Positions 17,266 to 21,247 of a DNA stretch of 21,247 nucleotides are shown here, in pieces. Within the stretch, counting starts at the first letter, position 1. Each line of letters begins with the position of its first letter. The notes beneath the pieces are model-generated. The model searched no databases. It had not been told where the DNA came from and saw nothing but the letters and a program-made list of their open reading frames with translations. The position numbers were made by a program, and so were the translations under genes. The stretch is from Campylobacterota bacterium (GTDB lineage: Bacteria; Campylobacterota; Campylobacteria; Campylobacterales; Sulfurimonadaceae): contig JAYEKO010000023.1 of NCBI GenBank assembly GCA_034661055.1, positions 1 through 21,247 of the forward strand, written 5' to 3'.

Positions 17266-18098
17266 ACTTGTACTCCTTGAAAATCTAATATCATCTCTGT
17301 TCCGCTCTCTTTTTTCGATTTTACATGTAATTTAATTTTATGCTGGTCACAGTAGTTTTTAACTAGTGACAGACCTATTCCAAAGCCTGTTGCTTTCTCA
17401 TCTTGCTGATAGTATCTATCAAATATCTTAACAAGGGCAAGCTCATCCATCCCACAGCCATTATCTTTAACATTTAAAAGTCCATCTTTTAAGACTATCT
17501 CTACAATAATAGGTGCTTTTGAATACTTTACGGCATTATCAATAAGATTGTCAACTACTTTTTGAAGCCCTATTCTATCAAGATTCAGACTAATACTCTC
17601 TAAATCACTTCGAAATTCGACATGAGAATAGAGTGACTGCAGCAACTCTAAACGCTGCTCAACAAGTAACTTAAGATCAAACTTCTCAATAAACTCTTTT
17701 TGCATCTGCTTTTTAATAAGATAATCGAGCTCACTATAGCGCTCATGAAGCATCTGAGATGCTTTTTCTATTCGGTCTAAACGCTTCACGCTTTTCTCAT
17801 CATTTAACATCTTACGAAGCATCTTAGTGTTAGCATTAATGGTACTAATAGGAAGATTTAACTCATGGAGTGTCTCTTTGGAAAACTGCTCCAGTTTCAC
17901 AAAATGATCTTTTAAAGGTTCAATAGATAGTTTTGCAATAATTACAGCAACGACAATACTTAACAAAAACATTATGAACATTAATATTATTATGTTGGAC
18001 ATGCCAAGAACAGCTGTTGCATAATAAAAACCCCACACAAACAGCATAACAGTGATAACATAAAAAAGAATTATGGAAAGCGTTACATCACGAAACAA
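17262..18098 (-). CDS. Sensor histidine kinase, short (2 TM, no periplasmic domain)
   Basis: H-box TLHELNLP, N-box NLIDNAVKYS, G1 VKDNGCG, F-box IFDRYY, G2 GFGIGL; TTG start overlapping the regulator stop. Confidence 0.93.
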   Translation of the reverse strand: MFRDVTLSIILFYVITVMLFVWGFYYATAVLGMSNIIILMFIMFLLSIVVAVIIAKLSIEPLKDHFVKLEQFSKETLHELNLPISTINANTKMLRKMLNDEKSVKRLDRIEKASQMLHERYSELDYLIKKQMQKEFIEKFDLKLLVEQRLELLQSLYSHVEFRSDLESISLNLDRIGLQKVVDNLIDNAVKYSKAPIIVEIVLKDGLLNVKDNGCGMDELALVKIFDRYYQQDEKATGFGIGLSLVKNYCDQHKIKLHVKSKKESGTEMILDFQGVQV

Positions 18099-18741
18099 GT
18101 CGGTAGCCTACCCCTCTAATATTCTCTATTGCCTCACTACCAAGCTCACCTTTTAAACGGTTAATATAGACACGGATTGCTCCATCACTAACACTCTCGC
18201 AAGCGTGCCAAAGCTCATTAATAATCACCTCTTTAGTCACCACCTTACCATTTTGTCGAATCATCAGTGCCAACAGTGTGTACTCTTTAACAGAGAGGTC
18301 CAATTCACAATCATCTTTAAAAATTCTCTTCTGCTGTTTATCAATTCGTAATGAACCGTAAGACTCATTTTGAATTGAGTTAGCCCTTAACAGCAGTGCG
18401 TGCATCCGCAGTAACAGCTCATCGGTATCGAAAGGTTTTTTCATATAGTCATCAGCACCACTGATAAACCCATTAACCATAACTTCCTTTTGGACATGTG
18501 ATGTCAAAAAAATAGCAGGAGTCCTATCGTTACTATGACGAAGATCTTTTAATAATGAAATACCATCAATAAGTGGAACATTTATGTCAAGCAGATAGAG
18601 ATTAAATTTACTGTTATAAGTCGCATCGAGCGCCTCTTGTCCGTTGCGACACAACACAACCTCATATGATTCATCTTCTAGTAGGTCCTGAAGAGACTCT
18701 CCAAAGAGAATATCATCTTCTAAAAGCAGTATTTTATTCAA
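18088..18741 (-). CDS. OmpR-family response regulator (resembles the DccR/CrdR group)
   Basis: LLLEDD, LLDINVP (phospho-Asp), FLTS, ADDYMKKPF, winged helix IRVYINRLK...IRGVGY; TTG start overlapping the pyrC stop. Confidence 0.93.
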   Translation of the reverse strand: MNKILLLEDDILFGESLQDLLEDESYEVVLCRNGQEALDATYNSKFNLYLLDINVPLIDGISLLKDLRHSNDRTPAIFLTSHVQKEVMVNGFISGADDYMKKPFDTDELLLRMHALLLRANSIQNESYGSLRIDKQQKRIFKDDCELDLSVKEYTLLALMIRQNGKVVTKEVIINELWHACESVSDGAIRVYINRLKGELGSEAIENIRGVGYRLVS

Positions 18742-19774
18742 CGCTGCTTATTGACCATTGAATTTCTGAACCAGCAAACATAGGAACAACTTCACCATAT
18801 TTTACCGGAACATCAAAAGGCTCCTCAGTAAGCACAACCTCTTTAAACTCTGGACAGATACCGTAAATACTTTGTGCGTTGTCACTAACAAAACTCTGTA
18901 GGTTATCAAGCTTATCATAACTGTCAAAGAGTTCACATAAAACTTGAAGAGCAATTGGTGCCGTAAAGACACCTGCAGCACAACCACATGACTCCTTAGC
19001 ATGCTGTGGATGTGGTGCTGAGTCTGAACCAAACATTACTTTAGGGTGCGCATTTAGTGCCACTTCTAAAAGCGCTTCCATATCTTCAGGTCGTTTAGCA
19101 ATTGGCTTACAAAATAGATGCGGCTGCAACATACCACCAGCAACATCATCTAGCGTAATTAAGAGATGGTGCAACGTAATCGTTGCATAAAGGTTTGGAA
19201 ATTTGTCTAACATATCTACTGCCGCTTTAGTCGTAATGTGCTCCATAATAATCTTAAGTTTAGGAAAGTTAGTTGCTAGCATCTCATAGACACTCATAAA
19301 TTCTGCTTCTCTGTCCATAACAAAACCGTCAGTCTCACCATGAACACATAGAGGAATCTCAAGATCACTCATAGCTTCTAAAGTAGGACGCATTGTCTCA
19401 ACATCAAATGATGAAACTCCTCCCTCGCTGTTAGTGGTAATACCGGCAGGATAAAGCTTAATGGCAACAATCTCTTCACTTACACTCTCTAAAAACTTAC
19501 GGTCATAGTCTTGATAAAACAGTGTCATATATGGCTCAAAATAGTCATCCATTATCAGCTCTTCATCAACATCTTCTACTCGTCCAACTGCAGTATGAAT
19601 ACGTTTTCTGTAAGATATGACATCTTCTTTAGTTTTTACAGGAGGAACAAGGTTTGGCATAATCACTGCTCCACTAAAACTATATGATGTCAATGGGGCA
19701 ACGGTCTCTAGCATAACCCCATCACGAAGATGCAAGTGCATATCAAGCGGCATTAAAAGTGTATGTGTTTTCAT
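18734..19774 (-). CDS. pyrC: Dihydroorotase (homodimeric, E. coli type)
   Basis: DMHLHLRDG, MPNL, KLYPAGITTNS, HGE, MEHITT, HLFCKP, GSDSAPH. Start moved from 19804 to ATG 19774 (AAGGA SD). Confidence 0.96.
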   Translation of the reverse strand: MKTHTLLMPLDMHLHLRDGVMLETVAPLTSYSFSGAVIMPNLVPPVKTKEDVISYRKRIHTAVGRVEDVDEELIMDDYFEPYMTLFYQDYDRKFLESVSEEIVAIKLYPAGITTNSEGGVSSFDVETMRPTLEAMSDLEIPLCVHGETDGFVMDREAEFMSVYEMLATNFPKLKIIMEHITTKAAVDMLDKFPNLYATITLHHLLITLDDVAGGMLQPHLFCKPIAKRPEDMEALLEVALNAHPKVMFGSDSAPHPQHAKESCGCAAGVFTAPIALQVLCELFDSYDKLDNLQSFVSDNAQSIYGICPEFKEVVLTEEPFDVPVKYGEVVPMFAGSEIQWSISSVE

Positions 19775-19812
19775 ATTTTTCCTTTTTAAATTACATATGG
19801 GCACGCGCCCTT

Positions 19813-19818
19813 ATTATA
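19813..19818 (-). promoter_or_regulatory. Internal -10 box for pyrC
   Basis: TATAAT in the tonB-pyrC gap followed by a GC-rich stretch, about 40 nt upstream of the ATG. Confidence 0.6.
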
Positions 19819-19837
19819 GTTTTACATGTATTTTACA

Positions 19838-20518
19838 CTATTTCAACCTAAAGACAATAGGGATTTCAATAGTAATAGGCTCTACTGGTTTAGGTACTTT
19901 ACCAGATAGTTTATTTATTGTCTTAATAGCTGCTCTATTTAAGATATTCTTGCTCCCTTCCACAACACTAATATTGCTAATACTTCCATCACTTTTTAAT
20001 GTAAACCGCATTAACACTTTTCCTTGAAAATGACGCTTTCTCGCTCTCTTTGGATAATAGAGATTTTTTTTAAGCAATTGTGCAATTAACATTAGATGTT
20101 CTTCTAAGTACTCCTCTTTTACACTCTTTGGGGGTTGGAGTTCTACAGGAGCAAGTTCTACCTCTGAAGCAACTATAACAGGTACTTCAGGCTCTTTAAG
20201 AACTTCAACCTTTTTAGTGACTATAACTTTTTTCTGAGGTTTTACTTTTGGCTTTACAATTTTTTTCTTTACTGGCTTAGGAAGCTCTATCTTTTTAACT
20301 ACCTCTTTTTTTATGGACTTTAGAGGCTTTGGCAACTCTTTAGCAGGAGGAGGAGCAATCACTTTTTCTTTAACTTGAGAGAGACACAAGCAGATAGGCT
20401 TAGGTTTTTCTTTGACATCAACATGCTCTTTATATAGTGTGTAGAGCATGACAACAGCCAGCGCTATAGCCGTATGAATAAAAAAAGAGAGCACAAGCGC
20501 AGAACTATTTCGTAACAT
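19838..20518 (-). CDS. tonB: Energy transducer TonB
   Basis: TM anchor with SFFIH (SxxxH), Pro/Lys-rich spacer, C-terminal domain YYPKRARKRHFQGKV...F.L..DG...SKNILNRAAI. Confidence 0.93.
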   Translation of the reverse strand: MLRNSSALVLSFFIHTAIALAVVMLYTLYKEHVDVKEKPKPICLCLSQVKEKVIAPPPAKELPKPLKSIKKEVVKKIELPKPVKKKIVKPKVKPQKKVIVTKKVEVLKEPEVPVIVASEVELAPVELQPPKSVKEEYLEEHLMLIAQLLKKNLYYPKRARKRHFQGKVLMRFTLKSDGSISNISVVEGSKNILNRAAIKTINKLSGKVPKPVEPITIEIPIVFRLK

Positions 20519-20525
20519 AATTTGT

Positions 20526-20558
20526 ATTATAAGTAAATTTTCATTACAAAAGTGTTAA
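20526..20558 (-). promoter_or_regulatory. tonB promoter with TTAACAC-N4-GTAAT box
   Basis: Minus strand: TTAACAC-TTTT-GTAAT, 11 nt, TATAAT, 7 nt, ATG. Confidence 0.6.
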
Positions 20559-20570
20559 TTATCTTACGGG

Positions 20571-21247
20571 TTAAATTGCTCGCTTAAATTCCGGGTAAGC
20601 CTCAACACCACACTCATTGACATCTAGACCCTCAAGTTGAACCTCATCCTCTGCTGCAAATGAAGAAAATGAGTTAATTACTTTTAATGCAATGAATGAA
20701 ACAGGAAATACAAATGCTCCCACAAGGACAACACCTTTTAGTTGGTCCATAAATGAGATATCAGATACAAAAATTCCTACCGCTAACGTTCCCCAAATTC
20801 CATTGACTAGGTGAACAGAGAGTGCTCCAACAGGATCATCTAACTGTAACTTATCAAAAATTGGTACTGCAAAGACAACCAGAGCACCACCAATAGCACC
20901 AATAATAATTGGTACATACATGCTGTAAAGATCTGGTCCAGCAGTGACGGCCACAAGACCTCCAAGTGCACCATTTAAAATCATGGTAATATCAAAAAGT
21001 CTGTAACGTACAAACATAATAATTCCAGCAATAATTGCACCTGCCAGACCTGCTGTGTTAGTATTCATAATAGTCATTGCTACCGCATCTGCATTCTCTT
21101 TTGAAGCAATTGAGCCGACTGAACCACCATTAAATCCAAACCAACCAATCCACAGTAGAAGTGCACCAAGAACTACTAACGGGATATTTGAAGCGGGAAT
21201 AACACGCACTTTGCCATTAACATAACGTCCACGACGCGGACCCATAA
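20571..21247 (-). CDS. amtB: Ammonium transporter (Amt family), 3' part; the start lies beyond the window
   Basis: GPRRGRY, LLWIGWFGFNGGS, NGALGGLVAVTAG, DDPVGALSVHLVNGIWG, EGLD...AYP. Confidence 0.95.
   Translation of the reverse strand, partial: MGPRRGRYVNGKVRVIPASNIPLVVLGALLLWIGWFGFNGGSVGSIASKENADAVAMTIMNTNTAGLAGAIIAGIIMFVRYRLFDITMILNGALGGLVAVTAGPDLYSMYVPIIIGAIGGALVVFAVPIFDKLQLDDPVGALSVHLVNGIWGTLAVGIFVSDISFMDQLKGVVLVGAFVFPVSFIALKVINSFSSFAAEDEVQLEGLDVNECGVEAYPEFKRAI

Larger units (their letters stand above)
458..19830. repeat. Dispersed palindrome TACATGTA, 11 copies (span is first to last copy)
   Basis: 8-mer starts at 458, 579, 5634, 6257, 9679, 11047, 12278, 12546, 12758, 17322, 19823; five copies extend to TTACATGTAA. 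Confidence 0.85.

Noticed and set aside
458..19830. TACATGTA copies as a CRISPR array or tandem repeat
   Set aside because: Copies are only 8-14 bp, irregularly spaced and mostly inside genes.
12666..20027. ORFs 12666-12995, 14942-15145, 18802-19032, 19617-20027
   Set aside because: They lie largely or wholly over well-supported genes and show no independent coding signal.
20528..20548. Fur box at the tonB promoter (TAATGAAAATTTACTTA)
   Set aside because: Only one half-site resembles the 7-1-7 Fur consensus, which is too weak in AT-rich DNA.

Overview
AT-rich (roughly 35% GC by eye) chromosomal segment of a Campylobacterota (Sulfurimonas-like) bacterium. Left to right: the first codons of a probable ModE-type regulator (minus, cut by the window edge); a CAT-anticodon tRNA; groES-groEL with a sigma70 promoter, two HAIR-like (HspR) inverted repeats and a bidirectional terminator; a TetR + TolC/MFP/RND efflux operon of the CmeDEF/HefABC type with a perfect 11-1-11 operator; a divergent 7-gene operon (double-NosL periplasmic protein, small membrane protein, MacB/LolE-type ABC permease and ATPase, Cys-motif membrane protein, membrane-anchored NosL protein, DsbD_2/TauE-like protein) with no nosZ in the window; a membrane PAS-GGDEF-EAL protein; a small, probably leaderless membrane protein; a minus-strand run tonB-pyrC-response regulator-histidine kinase-exbB-exbD; and the 3' part of an ammonium transporter. 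No transposase, integrase, prophage or CRISPR array was seen. Main signals: (1) the palindrome TACATGTA occurs 11 times by manual count against under 1 expected, in several reading frames and in intergenic DNA, like a HIP1-type iterated palindrome; (2) the NosL/type VII ABC operon looks like an uncharacterised metal (probably Cu) trafficking system; (3) the same TTAACAC-N4-GTAA box sits just upstream of the -10 of both that operon and tonB, hinting at one regulon under the local OmpR-family regulator. Family assignments come from motif recognition, not database searches.
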